The position numbers and the translations under genes are program-made. A DNA stretch of 64,000 bases from an uncultured Chloroflexia bacterium (lineage in GTDB: Bacteria; Chloroflexota; Anaerolineae; Anaerolineales; Anaerolineaceae), in the NCBI GenBank assembly GCA_963804865.1, contig CAWDSH010000001.1, positions 466,977 through 530,976 of the forward strand, read 5' to 3'. Within the stretch, counting starts at the first letter, position 1. Each line of letters opens with the position of its first letter. The notes beneath the pieces are model-generated. The model saw only the letters and a list, made by a program, of their open reading frames with translations, did not search any database and was not told the origin of the DNA. Shown here one piece after another: positions 26,534-37,741 of this stretch.

Positions 26534-27907
26534 ATGAAAACTTCTCCTTTTAACAGTTTTTCACTTTTTAGAAAGAAGAAACCAAAACCTCCTACCGCTG
26601 CATTAAAAAAAGAGGGTAGTCAATCACAAAAAAAGGGAACTGAGCCTTTTGACCAGAACCTGGTAAAAGAAAAAGATCTGCCAACAGGAACTTCAAGTCA
26701 AAAAAAGCCATCACAATTACCACAACCTACTACTCCATTATTCGATAATCAAACTTATTCAGGCACCCGTCCATTGCGCGAAGAGGCAAGAGAACAACAG
26801 ACAGGTCCTATTCAAACACCCGCTCCTCCTAACAATCCTCCCCCACCCAAAATAAAACAAAAAAAGCCCAAAAAAAGAGGGGGATTTTGGAAAGCATTGT
26901 TATGGGGATTGTTCCTGGCTGTATTGCTTGGTGGGGTCCTTGCTTTAGGGTATGCAGCTATTCGATTCCTTCAACAACCTTTGGCACCACAACTGGCAAT
27001 CACGACTGTACCTTCAACGGATATACCAACTTCACTTCCTTCTCCAGAACCATTACTCCCTTCGGTTACTCCCGAAATAAGCCCATCTCCAACGCCCGCA
27101 GGTATCTGTGGGTTGTCAGGCAGACTTAGTGTTCTGGTTATTGCAGATGATATGAATTACTGGGAATATCCTTATGGAGCTGATGCAATAAGAATGATTG
27201 GGATCGATTTTGATAAAGCCAGTGTGGCCATATTTGCATTTCCGCGTGATCTATGGTTGACAACATCACCACTTAATAAGTACAACATCCAGGAATATAA
27301 GCTGGGGCCTTCCTATGGCTTCATCCAGCAAAGAGAAGGAATGAACCAGCAATCATCAATCCTATCAACCAATGCGGTTGCACAAATCATTTATGATAAC
27401 TTTAATATTGCCCCTGATCATTATCTCGTGATTTATCAATCGATGATGAAAAATCTAATCGATACATTGGGTGGCTTGGAAGTTTCTATCTCTCAATCCG
27501 TCAATGATCCACAACTTGGCTTGTATCTCAATTCTGGTTACCAAAAGCTTGATGGATTGACAGTCGAAAAATACATGCGTTATCTAAATGGACACTCGAC
27601 CCTCGATGAATGGGGTCGCTTTTCAAGACAAAACGAGATACTGCGAGGTTTTCAACAGAACCTATCAAAGCCAGAGATATTTAGCCAAATCCCTCAATTG
27701 GTCAACCAATTCTCTAACTTATTTACAACTGATTTGAGTATTACCCAATTATTGGATCTGGCATGCGCAGCCAATACGATTACAACTGAAAAGATAGAAT
27801 TCTCGCAAATGGACCGGAATTTCATCCAGATAAGTCCAGATGGGACTATGTATCTGCTAAATAAACAGTCTGTGATTGATCAACTGAATACCATTTTTGC
27901 CAAGTAA
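26534..27907 (+). CDS. LytR-CpsA-Psr (LCP) family glycopolymer ligase with a long Lys/Pro-rich cytoplasmic N-terminal tail
   Basis: About 115 aa of low-complexity N-terminus, one TM (ALLWGLFLAVLLGGVLALGYAAI) and an LCP core (ADAIRMIGIDFDKASVAIFAFPRDLWL). Confidence 0.75.
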   Translation: MKTSPFNSFSLFRKKKPKPPTAALKKEGSQSQKKGTEPFDQNLVKEKDLPTGTSSQKKPSQLPQPTTPLFDNQTYSGTRPLREEAREQQTGPIQTPAPPNNPPPPKIKQKKPKKRGGFWKALLWGLFLAVLLGGVLALGYAAIRFLQQPLAPQLAITTVPSTDIPTSLPSPEPLLPSVTPEISPSPTPAGICGLSGRLSVLVIADDMNYWEYPYGADAIRMIGIDFDKASVAIFAFPRDLWLTTSPLNKYNIQEYKLGPSYGFIQQREGMNQQSSILSTNAVAQIIYDNFNIAPDHYLVIYQSMMKNLIDTLGGLEVSISQSVNDPQLGLYLNSGYQKLDGLTVEKYMRYLNGHSTLDEWGRFSRQNEILRGFQQNLSKPEIFSQIPQLVNQFSNLFTTDLSITQLLDLACAANTITTEKIEFSQMDRNFIQISPDGTMYLLNKQSVIDQLNTIFAK

Positions 27908-27931
27908 TTCATCTCTTTTCTGGAGTGCACC

Positions 27932-29424
27932 ATGGCTAGCTTTATTGCAGCAATCGACCAGGGAACGACCAGTACTCGCTGTATGGTATTCAACCATGAG
28001 GGCAATATCGTTGCGATGGATCAGCAGGAGCATAAGCAGATCTATCCCAAGCCAGGCTGGGTTGAACATGATCCCTTGGAAATCCTTGAAAAGGTAAACA
28101 CTGTCATCCATTCCGCTTTACACAAGTCCAGCTTACAACCGTCCGATTTACAAGCAATAGGAATAACAAACCAACGGGAGACAACTGTCGTCTGGGATCG
28201 CACAACAGGCAAGCCATTGCATAATGCTATCGTTTGGCAGGATACTCGAACGGATCAAATTATCAAAGAATTATCAAATACCGGTGGTATCGATCGTTTT
28301 CGAGAACGAGTAGGATTGCCCCTGGCCACCTACTTCTCAGGTCCAAAAATAAAATGGTTAATTGATAATGTTCTTGAGGTAAAAGACGCTGTCCAAAATG
28401 GGACTGCTTTCTTTGGGAATATTGATACCTGGTTAATTTGGAACCTTACTGGAGGTGTAAAGGGTGGCAATTTTGTCACTGATGTTACAAATGCATCAAG
28501 AACGATGCTCATGAATTTAGTCACACTTGATTGGGATCCTGAAATCTTATCGGAATTTGGAATATCCTTATCTTTGCTGCCAAAAATTGTTTCTTCATCT
28601 GAAGTGTATGGCTATGCGCAGTCTATTTGAAAATGTGCCCATTTCAAGTGATCTGGGCGATCAACAGGCAGCGCTTTTCGGACAAACCTGTTTCTCTCCG
28701 GGAGAAGCAAAAAACACGTATGGGACCGGCTGCTTTATGTTATTAAACACCGGCAATAAACCGATTCAAAGCAAATCTGGCTTACTAACTACTTTGGGAT
28801 ATAAACTTGGGCTCCGAACCAGCAGTCTATTGCCTGGAGGGATCTATTGCAATCGCTGGTGCATTGGTGCAATGGCTGCGAGATAATCTAAAAATCATCG
28901 AAAGTTCCTCAGATATTGAACCGCTAGCGCGTACGGTTGAAGATAACGGCGGCATTTACTTTGTTCCTGCATTTTCTGGCTTGTTTGCACCTTATTGGCG
29001 CAGCGATGCCAGGGGTGCGTTGGTAGGAATGACCCGGTATATTAATCGAGGACATATTGCACGTTCAGTTCTTGAAGCATCAGCCTTTCAAACACGTGAA
29101 GTACTGGATGCGATGGAAACTGATTTGGGTGTTAAATTAAAATCCCTGAGAGTTGATGGAGGAATGGTCCACAACGAGCTTTTAATGCAGTTCCAGGCAG
29201 ATATCCTGAATGTCCCCGTTGTCCGTCCACGGATCGCGGAAACCACCGCCCTGGGTGCTGCATACGCTGCGGGTCTTGCGACAGGATATTGGAATAATCT
29301 CTCCGAGTTAAGAGAAAATTGGGGTATTGAGAAAGAATGGACACCGGTGATGGATCCAGAGAAGCGCGTTGAGCTCTATTTAAACTGGAAAAAGGCAGTA
29401 ACTAAAACATTTAACTGGGTTTGA
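27932..29424 (+). pseudogene. glpK: Glycerol kinase, split over three frames (breaks near 28620 and 28810)
   Basis: [16 protein letters not shown] (frame 2), [25 protein letters not shown] (frame 3) and [29 protein letters not shown] (frame 1) are collinear with GlpK. Confidence 0.9.
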
Positions 29425-29462
29425 TCGTAAACTTGAGAGCATCATTAATCACATAGTATTCC

Positions 29463-29491
29463 TTGACGAATCATCAATCAGAGAATACAAT
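29463..29491 (+). promoter_or_regulatory. Sigma70-like promoter upstream of rplY
   Basis: TTGACG-N17-TACAAT. This leaves a leader of roughly 95 nt that contains several short hairpins before the AGGAAGG Shine-Dalgarno sequence. Confidence 0.4.
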
Positions 29492-29593
29492 CTTACGCCG
29501 TGCTTGAGCACGAGAATCCAAGGCGGAATCCCGCTATTCAAACGAGCGAGGGTAACCCATGATAGGGTGAGAGGCGCTCACAGGAAGGAATTG

Positions 29594-30253
29594 ATGGATA
29601 AGCCAGTTTTACACGCAACTCGCCGGACTGTCATCGGCAAACAGGTTGGAGCCCTGCGCAGGGAAGGTAAATTACCAGCAGTATTGTATGGTCACGAAAT
29701 CGCTGCTACCCCAATTACACTCGATTTACGCGAAACATCCCGTTTACTCAACTCAATAACCTCATCCAGTATTATTAGTGTTGAATTGGATGGAAAAGAA
29801 AACGCAACACTTGTGCGCGAAAAGCAAAAAGACTACATCCGAGGTACATTGCTGCATGTTGATTTCCAGGTCGTTTCCCTAACCGAGAAAATCCGTACCG
29901 AGGTCAGTATCGAGATCGCTGGGCTTGCACCCGCCATTAAAGACTTCAATGGTGTCATGGTCACTGGCGTAGATGAAATTGAAGTAGAGTGCTTGCCAAA
30001 GGACTTGCCCGATCGCATCGTGGTCGATATCAGCACATTGGCTAATATCGGGGATGGAATTTACGTTCGGGATATTCCCATCCCAGAAAATGTTGTTTTC
30101 CTTGCAGAACCTGATGAAATGATAGTCCTCATCACCCACCCTGCAGCTGAGGAAGTTGAAGAAGTTGTCGAACCAGTCATTGAAGAACCGGAAATCATTG
30201 AGCGTGGTAAGAAAGAGGAAGAAGTACCACCTGAAGAACCAGAAACTAAGTAA
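29594..30253 (+). CDS. rplY: 50S ribosomal protein L25 / general stress protein Ctc form, with an acidic tail
   Basis: Start trimmed to MDKPVLHATRRTVIGKQVGALRREGKLPAVLYG, after a Shine-Dalgarno sequence. The two-domain Ctc-type length and the Glu-rich C-terminus fit. Confidence 0.88.
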   Translation: MDKPVLHATRRTVIGKQVGALRREGKLPAVLYGHEIAATPITLDLRETSRLLNSITSSSIISVELDGKENATLVREKQKDYIRGTLLHVDFQVVSLTEKIRTEVSIEIAGLAPAIKDFNGVMVTGVDEIEVECLPKDLPDRIVVDISTLANIGDGIYVRDIPIPENVVFLAEPDEMIVLITHPAAEEVEEVVEPVIEEPEIIERGKKEEEVPPEEPETK

Positions 30254-30260
30254 TCAAAAA

Positions 30261-30290
30261 GGCAGCGAAGAGTTCGCTGCCTTTTTATTT
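30261..30290. terminator. Bidirectional rho-independent terminator (rplY versus the NUDIX gene)
   Basis: ggcagcgaa-gag-ttcgctgcc followed by tttttattt, with an A-run on the other side. Confidence 0.75.
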
Positions 30291-30884
30291 CTTATTGATA
30301 ATCTTTAGAAAATCTTGAGTGATTCGAGCTGTTATCCCCCATAAGATCTCTCCATCATATGGCTTATAAAATATCACATCTTCTTTATTGCCGTTTGGCA
30401 GAACATAAGGTCTTATTTCGGAATTGGAATGATCAGATAACCAATGAAGAGGAATTGAAAACACTCGGGTAACTTCATGATCAGCTATATTTAATTCAAT
30501 TGGCCATCCTTCAATAAAGCCAACAATGGGTGTTACCTGATATTGGGTAATTGTTGGGATTGATTTCATTCTCCCTAGGATGATCACATTGTCTTGGGTT
30601 AAACCGATTTCCTCCTCAGCTTCTCTTAGCGCAGCGTTCTCCAAGTTTCCATCATATTTCTCAAAAGCACCTCCGGGAAATGCCACTTGTCCTTTATGAT
30701 TTTCAACGGTATCGCTTCGACGGGTAAACAGTAAATACCAGCAGTCATCAATACAATAAAGCGGTAAGAGAACAGCAGCTCTGACACGTTGATTAAATTC
30801 TGCTGTCTCACCTTTCTTAGATGTCAAATGGATTTGTTTGCGGATATGATTAAGCGATAAATCAGCGCAATATAAATTTTTCAT
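30285..30884 (-). CDS. NUDIX hydrolase, CoA-pyrophosphatase-like
   Basis: NUDIX box GGAFEKYDGNLENAALREAEEEIGL, preceded by LLFTRRS..HKGQVAFPGG. Start trimmed to MKNLYC, directly after the upstream stop. Confidence 0.75.
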   Translation of the reverse strand: MKNLYCADLSLNHIRKQIHLTSKKGETAEFNQRVRAAVLLPLYCIDDCWYLLFTRRSDTVENHKGQVAFPGGAFEKYDGNLENAALREAEEEIGLTQDNVIILGRMKSIPTITQYQVTPIVGFIEGWPIELNIADHEVTRVFSIPLHWLSDHSNSEIRPYVLPNGNKEDVIFYKPYDGEILWGITARITQDFLKIINKK

Positions 30885-30885
30885 T

Positions 30886-31758
30886 TCAGTCCTTCTCTTC
30901 ATCTTGCGATTCATGATCTGAGAAGGATATTTCAAGACTGGCATCTGAAGCACTGGTTTCTGAAAATTCAGGTTCCAAGATCAGACGAGCAAATATCAGG
31001 AATCCAGTATGTGCAACCATTCTATCCACCGGGCGGAAACGGTCAGATTCGGGTTTGTAATACCGTAGAATGATTTCCAGAACTTCAATAAAAGAAAATC
31101 CGCTTCTTCTCAATTCAGGTAGGAATCGAATTACTTGATTGGTTGTTGGAAGAATTGTTCCGAAAAAACCTCCAGGTTTTAAGCCGGTTTTTACCTGGGA
31201 CATAAAATCATATGGATTGGGCAAATCTAGAAATAATGCATCCACACCAGTCTCATCAAAACCACCACTAATATCCTTGAGTTTAAACTCCACCCTATCG
31301 GATAGTCCCAATCTCTCGATATTCTTTTTTGCCAAACGTTGCATTTCTTCGCGATTTTCATAAGAAAACACACGACCTGAATCCCCCACTGCATAGGCAA
31401 ACGCAGTGGTAAGCCCGCCGGATCCTGTCCCAGCTTCGATAACGTGCGCGCCCGGGCCGATGCCCATGGTGACCAAAATAAAGCCGATATCTTTGGGATA
31501 CATGATTTGGGTTATTCGTGGTGTATCCCTAATCAGATCTGCAAGGGAAGGTTGCATCAAATAAAATGGATTACCGAGGTGGCTATATACTTTGCTCCCC
31601 CAGGGTTTATCGATCAGCTCATCATGATGAACAATCCCCCGATGGGTATGTAATGCACCACCCTTCTTTAAGGTGATGATGAAGTGTTTGAAACCCATTC
31701 CAACCAATTCTGCGAGATCCCCTTCCGCAGCATTGGTACCATGTAAATTCCAGGGCAT
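30886..31758 (-). CDS. trmI: tRNA (adenine-N1)-methyltransferase TrmI/GCD14 family
   Basis: TQIMYPKDIGFIL and the SAM motif VIEAGTGSGGLTTAFA. Acidic C-terminal tail. Confidence 0.85.
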   Translation of the reverse strand: MPWNLHGTNAAEGDLAELVGMGFKHFIITLKKGGALHTHRGIVHHDELIDKPWGSKVYSHLGNPFYLMQPSLADLIRDTPRITQIMYPKDIGFILVTMGIGPGAHVIEAGTGSGGLTTAFAYAVGDSGRVFSYENREEMQRLAKKNIERLGLSDRVEFKLKDISGGFDETGVDALFLDLPNPYDFMSQVKTGLKPGGFFGTILPTTNQVIRFLPELRRSGFSFIEVLEIILRYYKPESDRFRPVDRMVAHTGFLIFARLILEPEFSETSASDASLEISFSDHESQDEEKD

Positions 31759-31762
31759 GGTT

Positions 31763-33671
31763 TTATCCAGGTAAGAGATGCTTAATAAAGAATTGTGTTA
31801 TCTCTTGATAACACTTCGCCCTGTTTTCCATTTTGAGAACATCATGACCCTCATTCTCAAAAACGATGAATTCGATTTCCTTTCCTTCTTTTCTTAAATT
31901 ATCGACCAGATCCTGCGATTCTTTAGCAACAACTCTTGGATCATTCCTACCCTGGATCACCAGGAGTGGACATGCAAGTTGGGACATGTATGTTTTGGGA
32001 GAACGTTCGATAAGCATTTCGCGATCCTCCTTGATATCGCCAACAGCCAGCTTCATATATGGTTTCCAGCTCTCAGGTATCCTCTTTAAAAAAGTTAATA
32101 GATCATATGGCCCGAACATATCCACTGCAGCTTTCCATAATTCAGGATGTCTGCCGGCCAGCATGAGTGACATATATCCACCGTAAGAACGCCCAACCAC
32201 TGCTGCACGACTTGTGTCAATACGATTGTCTTTGGAAAGTAATTTCATTGCATAAACATGATCCAAACGATCCTTACCTCCCCAATCTTTGTCTACTTTC
32301 TTGGCATAGGAAAGTCCATAGCCAGAGCTTCCCCGAACGTTGGGTACAAAGACTGCAAATCCATTTAGAGTAAGGTATTGAATTAAAGGCATCGAGAACC
32401 AACCGAAGTCAGGCTTCTCCTGCCCTTGTGGCCCTCCGTGCACATAATAAACCAATGGTCTCGGACCGCTAAATTCAAGCTTTGGTGATGGCATATAAAG
32501 CTTGGCAGAGATCCTTAAACCATCTTCGGCTACAAAAGAGGTATCTTCACTGTAGGAGAGTAATTCCCGATCAATACCAAGCACCTTCTCGTTAGTCTGC
32601 AATTTTATTTTCTTTCGTTTCTTTCCCGATATGATATAAAGTTGTGTCGGTGATGTAGCGGTTGAAAATGAAATCGCAAACCTGTCTTTCTTTTCATCAT
32701 AATAAAATGCTTCCATTACACCATTGCTTAGCGGTTCTTCACCACAAAGAATGGTTTTGATCCTTAATTTCTTCGATTTTTCTCTATATTCTGCCTCATA
32801 CAGCCATGACGCCCCATCTATGTTGTATTGAAGGGCATAAGTCGATTTTGATAATCGCGAAATACCTTCCAATTCACCAACACCTTTATGTTTAATACCT
32901 TTAATCTCCAAAGGTATCATCTGCTGATTACCATCGAAATGCAATAATCCCGGACTAAAAGTATCTTGGAAAATGGCTGATGTGATAATCAACCCGCTAT
33001 TATCAGGTGATAATGCAACGCTTTTTATTCCTGAAACAGGATATTCCCCATCAGGTTCCCTTTTGTCTAAAGGGGTGCCAAAGATGTCAACTATTTCGTT
33101 GGTTTTTTCATCCCATTCTTTTAGTATTACGTCTCCTGCTGAATATGATTCAAAAAGGATCACTTTTCTATGCTTCTTGTAATGGGTTATGGGTGCTCCC
33201 CCCCATTCCGATTCAAAGAGTTTATGGATTGATCGTTTCTCCAAATCAACTTTAAAAGAATAATTCATGGAGGCATTAAGCGATTCGGATGACAAGTAAC
33301 AAATATTCTTTTCAATGTCACATTCACCCAGGTGTGTTCGGGTTTCTTTTAGTTCATTCTTCGAAAATTGGTTCGGGAAAACCGCCATCCATTGAAATTA
33401 GCATCGGTCGGTAGATCTCGTCTCCGTTCGAATCAATCATCACAAGAACTTTCTTAATCTTTGGGAAAACAAAGAATGACAAACCGTCGATTAAATGCGG
33501 ATTTTGTAAAGCGATGTTAGGTGGAAGCAGTGGTTGAGGTACTCTGCCACCCACCTTCATTTTATAAAGACTTAATTGACCACTCAGGTTGGATAAATAA
33601 AACAATTCATCATCAACAACTTGTGGCCTGAGGAATAACCGTGCGGATAGAAAGGATTGAATTTTGAACAT
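31763..33671 (-). pseudogene. S9 family serine peptidase (prolyl oligopeptidase/acylaminoacyl-peptidase-like), with a frame change near 33354-33388
   Basis: The propeller N-terminus is in ORF 33354..33671 and the remainder in 31763..33388. Catalytic motifs are GRSYGGYMS (Ser), QGRNDPRV (Asp) and NEGHDV (His). Confidence 0.8.
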
Positions 33672-33680
33672 TATTCTCCT

Positions 33681-35042
33681 TTACTTGCCACCTTTTGAAA
33701 TCAAACTAAGCCAAAATCCAATAAATAAAAATCCAAGGCTGAAAATGGAAGCAAGAAATAAATGTAATGGCCCAACACTCAGAAACTGCCAGTTTAAAAT
33801 ATTGGCGATTAACTGGCCTGCCCAAAAACCAGCCCAACTTAAAACCAGGTAGAAAACCAATCTGCCCAGTTTTCCGCCTTTTACAAAATGAAAAACTGCA
33901 CCAAAGAGAGTGGCAAAAAAGCATCCGAATAGAAATGAAGGTAAAGTCATTTTGTCCCTCAAGTTTGGTGTAATGAACCCACCGCCAAGAACAGTATCAC
34001 CATCATAGAATACCGCAAATTGACCGGGGGTGATATCCCTAATTTTAGTATCACTGACCACATTTATCGTATTATTTTGTGCTGGAGAAATCCTTGCTTT
34101 CACCAAGGGAGCTTTATACCGAATTTTTATTTGTACGTGCGTTTCACTATCAGGAGCGTGGTTAATCCAATTGATATCTTTTACCGTGAATTCATTGCTA
34201 CCTAATTCTTCCTTTGGTCCAACGATCAGTGAATTTGATTGGAGATCTTTCTTTAAGACATATAACGGATGACTGGATGATATCTGGATATTTTTTCTCT
34301 GCCCGATCGTGAAATACGCTAAACCATTATGCTGCCCAAGTACTTGTCCACTCGCGTCCTTGATTTCTCCTGGAATACTTTCAATGTGCATGTTTCCCTT
34401 AAGAAATTCTTCCAGCGAATTTGAATCCAAAAAACATAAATCCTGGCTATCAGGTCGTTCCGCAACTGGTAAATTCAAATCCCTGGCAATTTCTCGGACC
34501 TGTTTTTTATTCAATTCTTGTAAAGGTAGTAAAGTTTGGGCGAGTTGTTCCTGGCTTAACCCGGCTAGGACATATGATTGATCTTTGCTTTCATCCCAAC
34601 TGCGGAGTAAATTCACTCTTCCATCTGCAGTTTTTATCAATCTTGCGTAATGACCAGTGGCCAGGTAATCCGCAGCCATCATTCTCGCCCGATCCAGTAA
34701 AAATCCCCAACGAATAAACCGGTTGCACATAATGCAGGGATTTGGGGTCTCACCAATCTCATAACCATTAATTAAATAATCGACCACCTGATGTTTAAAT
34801 AGCTCTTTAGCGTCGATTGTATAAAATGGTATTCCTAATATTCCTGCAACTTTCCTGGCATCCTGCATGGCATCCGGGGCACAACATCGATTTTGGTTTC
34901 CTTCCCCTCCCGATGTCCACAAATTGAGCATCACTCCGATTACATCAAAACCCCCTTGAACTAACAATGCTGCCGCTACGGAGCTATCCACACCCCCGCT
35001 CATTGCCACCACAATCTTATCTCTTTGCCTTTTTACCATCAA
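33681..35042 (-). CDS. mnmA: tRNA 2-thiouridine(34) synthase MnmA. As assembled it continues in frame into a ~90-aa three-TM segment.
   Basis: PP-loop VVAMSGGVDSSVAA, followed by MnmA-typical blocks (CCAPDAMQDARKVA, NPCIMCNRFIRWG). The C-terminal extension starts at ..LRDK-MTLPSFLFG. Confidence 0.88.
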   Translation of the reverse strand: MMVKRQRDKIVVAMSGGVDSSVAAALLVQGGFDVIGVMLNLWTSGGEGNQNRCCAPDAMQDARKVAGILGIPFYTIDAKELFKHQVVDYLINGYEIGETPNPCIMCNRFIRWGFLLDRARMMAADYLATGHYARLIKTADGRVNLLRSWDESKDQSYVLAGLSQEQLAQTLLPLQELNKKQVREIARDLNLPVAERPDSQDLCFLDSNSLEEFLKGNMHIESIPGEIKDASGQVLGQHNGLAYFTIGQRKNIQISSSHPLYVLKKDLQSNSLIVGPKEELGSNEFTVKDINWINHAPDSETHVQIKIRYKAPLVKARISPAQNNTINVVSDTKIRDITPGQFAVFYDGDTVLGGGFITPNLRDKMTLPSFLFGCFFATLFGAVFHFVKGGKLGRLVFYLVLSWAGFWAGQLIANILNWQFLSVGPLHLFLASIFSLGFLFIGFWLSLISKGGK

Positions 35043-35046
35043 ATTA

Positions 35047-36208
35047 TCATAAACTCCGTAATTTCCTGATGATGCCTGGAAGCACTTCCAGGAAAAGATC
35101 GATCTGTTCTAACGAAGTTTCGCGGCCAAGAGTGACGCGCAAGGATCCAAGTGCCCAATCCGGTGGAAGACCAATTGCCAATAGTATGTCAGATGGATCA
35201 GGATTTCCCACCTTGCAGGCGGATCCCGAAGAACAAGCAAATCCAGCCTGATCCAACGCCATTAATAACTCATTTCCATCGATATTTCTGAAAGCAAAAC
35301 TCGCATGGTTTGGTAAGCGACTTTTAGGGTGACCTGTAAGTCTCGCATCTGGGATTTCCTCAACCACCATATTTATTATCCGATCGCGTAACGGTACCAG
35401 ATGCTTGTGAAATTCCCGAAGCTCATTCTGTGTGATTTCAAAAGCTTCAGTCAATCCTACAATGTAGGGTACATTTTGCGTTCCTGCTCGTAATCCCTCT
35501 TCCTGCTTTCCGCCTGTCTGAACTGGAATAATCGGAGTACCTGCACGGACAAACAAAACACCTGTCCCTTTAGGGCCATAAAATTTATGGCTCCCAATCG
35601 AAAAAAGATCCAGGTGATCCCGTTTCATATCCATCTTGAGATGTGCAGCTGCCTGGACACCATCAGAATGGAATGGGATTTCATGTATCAGAGCAGATCT
35701 TCCGATTTCACCAATTGGATTGACCGTGCCAATTTCATTGTTGGCGTAAATAACAGAAACGAGTGCTGTATTGGACCTGATCTTTTTTCTCACAGTATCT
35801 GGGTCGACCATCCCATATTGATCAACTGGAAGTAATTCAATCTCAAAATCAAACCAATCAGCACAGTTGTTTCGCGGTCTGTGAGACCGCATGATGTTCC
35901 ACCGGGCTGATCAAGATATGATTGGCATTACGTGCATTTCTCATTGCGAAAGCGGTTCCACGGATCGCCAGATTGTCACTTTCAGTTCCACCCGATGTGA
36001 ATAGAACTTCACTAGATTTCGCGTTCAGAAGCTCGGCAATTCTTTGTCTGCTTTCTTCAATGACAGTATCTGCCTTTTGACCCCAGAAATGAATTGACGA
36101 AGGATTTCCATAATCCTCTGAAAAATACGGCTCCATTTTCTCTCGAACTTTATTAGAAAGAGGTGTTGTGGCCGCAAAATCCAGGTATATTTGGCTGGTT
36201 TTCATCAT
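35047..36208 (-). pseudogene. Cysteine desulfurase (NifS/IscS class), with a frame change near 35858-35892
   Basis: The N-terminal part is in ORF 35858..36208 (IYLDFAATTP). The C-terminal part is in 35047..35892, with the PLP Lys block SIGSHKFYGPKG and the active-site block ACSSGSAC. Confidence 0.88.
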
Positions 36209-36276
36209 TTTTTACCTTAATGTCGGGGACATTATAACGGATGTTGATAGCCAAACTACCACCAATGCATCACCCT

Positions 36277-36285
36277 TGATATAAT
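36277..36285 (+). promoter_or_regulatory. Extended -10 element upstream of the phosphoglucomutase gene
   Basis: TGaTATAAT about 35 nt upstream of the GGAGG Shine-Dalgarno sequence and the ATG at 36320. There is no clear -35 element. Confidence 0.3.
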
Positions 36286-36319
36286 TTCATCAGTTCTATC
36301 AGCATTAACTGGAGGAGTC

Positions 36320-37741
36320 ATGGCTCATAAAATCATATTTGGCACCGATGGCTGGCGGGGTATGATCGCTGAAGACTATACTTTTGATAATGTCCGCCGG
36401 TGTACACAGGGTTACGCTTCTTATATGCTTTCCTTGGGGAAAAAAGAGCATTGGTTTGTTATTGGTCATGACAAGCGATTTCAATCCGAGGCTTTCGCCC
36501 TTGCTGCCGCAGAAGTGATGGTTGGCAATGGATTAAAAGTGTATCTGACGGAAGGTCCAACACCCACTCCTGTCATTGCATATTCTGTTGTCGTAAAAAA
36601 AGCATCGGGAGCGATAAATATTACTGCGTCACACAATCCTCCATCGGATAATGGTTTCAAGGTTCGGGACGAAAATGGTGGTGCGATTGCCCCTGAAGGT
36701 TTAAAGAAAATTGAGAGTTTGATCCCGGAGGATATTACTTCAGTCAAAAGGGTGGATTATGTAACAGCTGAGAAAGAAGGGGCTTTGATTCGTTTTGATC
36801 CTGCTCCTTCGTATATCGACCATATCAACAAACTCATTGACCTCAAGCCAGTCCGAGATGCTAATTTAAGAGTTCTTGTTGATTGTATGTGGGGAAATGG
36901 AGCTGGGTGGTTCACGAAAATGCTTGAAGGTGGAAATATCCAAGTTGAAGAAATCCATAATCAAAGGAATCCTTCTTTCCCTGAAATGAAGCGACCGGAA
37001 CCCATCCAGCCGAATATTGATGTTGGTCTTGCAAAAACACTCGAAATAAAAGCTGATGTGCTTCTAATATTGGATGGAGATGCAGATCGTGTTGGATTGG
37101 GCGATGAGAACGGGAAATTCGTGAATCAATTACGTGTTTTTGCACTATTGGCTTATTATTTCCTCGGTATTCGAAATATGAAAGGTCCGATTGTCAAAAC
37201 CCTTTCTTCAACAAGTATGCTTGAAAAACTCGGAAAACTCTATGGTGTTCCAGTATATGAAACAGGTGTGGGTTTCAAATATGTTGCTCCAAAAATGCTG
37301 GAGACGGATGCATTAATTGGTGGTGAAGAATCGGGAGGTTATGCTTTTCGCGGGAATGTACCTGAGCGCGATGGTATCCTGGCAGGGTTATTTATCCTGG
37401 ATATGATGGTTCGATTGAACAAAAAACCCTCTGAATTGATCCAGGAATTATTTGCGAAAATCGGCTCGCATTTTTATGATCGTGTGGATCGCTCCTTCAA
37501 AGGTAATCGTGCCGAGCGGGAAGAGAAGATTATTAATGCCAATCCACAAACGATTGGTGGATTGAAATGTATTGGACTTAATAAAACGGATGGGTATAAA
37601 TTTATGCTTGAAGATGGGGGGTGGTGTCTCATCCGGTTCTCTGGGACAGAGCCTATCATGCGGGTGTACTGCGAGACTACCCATGAGGATAAAGTTCAAG
37701 CAATTCTTGAGGACGGATTGAAAATCGCAGGGTTGTCTTAA
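36320..37741 (+). CDS. Phosphoglucomutase/phosphomannomutase family protein
   Basis: Active-site loop [13 protein letters not shown], metal loop LDGDADR and sugar loop GGEESGG. Confidence 0.9.
   Translation: MAHKIIFGTDGWRGMIAEDYTFDNVRRCTQGYASYMLSLGKKEHWFVIGHDKRFQSEAFALAAAEVMVGNGLKVYLTEGPTPTPVIAYSVVVKKASGAINITASHNPPSDNGFKVRDENGGAIAPEGLKKIESLIPEDITSVKRVDYVTAEKEGALIRFDPAPSYIDHINKLIDLKPVRDANLRVLVDCMWGNGAGWFTKMLEGGNIQVEEIHNQRNPSFPEMKRPEPIQPNIDVGLAKTLEIKADVLLILDGDADRVGLGDENGKFVNQLRVFALLAYYFLGIRNMKGPIVKTLSSTSMLEKLGKLYGVPVYETGVGFKYVAPKMLETDALIGGEESGGYAFRGNVPERDGILAGLFILDMMVRLNKKPSELIQELFAKIGSHFYDRVDRSFKGNRAEREEKIINANPQTIGGLKCIGLNKTDGYKFMLEDGGWCLIRFSGTEPIMRVYCETTHEDKVQAILEDGLKIAGLS

Noticed and set aside
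29492-29593. The ~95-nt rplY leader with several small hairpins, considered as a possible riboswitch or ribosomal-protein autoregulatory leader.
   Set aside because: I recognise no known riboswitch consensus. The hairpins are short (4-5 bp) and could arise by chance. Comparative covariation analysis would be needed before making any call.
33681-33960. An apparent fusion of MnmA to a three-TM membrane domain, giving a 453-aa ORF.
   Set aside because: The junction reads ..ttGAGGGAcaaaATGact.., which is a good Shine-Dalgarno sequence plus ATG for an independent small membrane-protein gene. A TGA lies in a neighbouring frame just upstream (..GGGSLHQT*). Given the many single-base frame errors in this assembly, the fusion is most likely an indel artefact that removed the mnmA stop.
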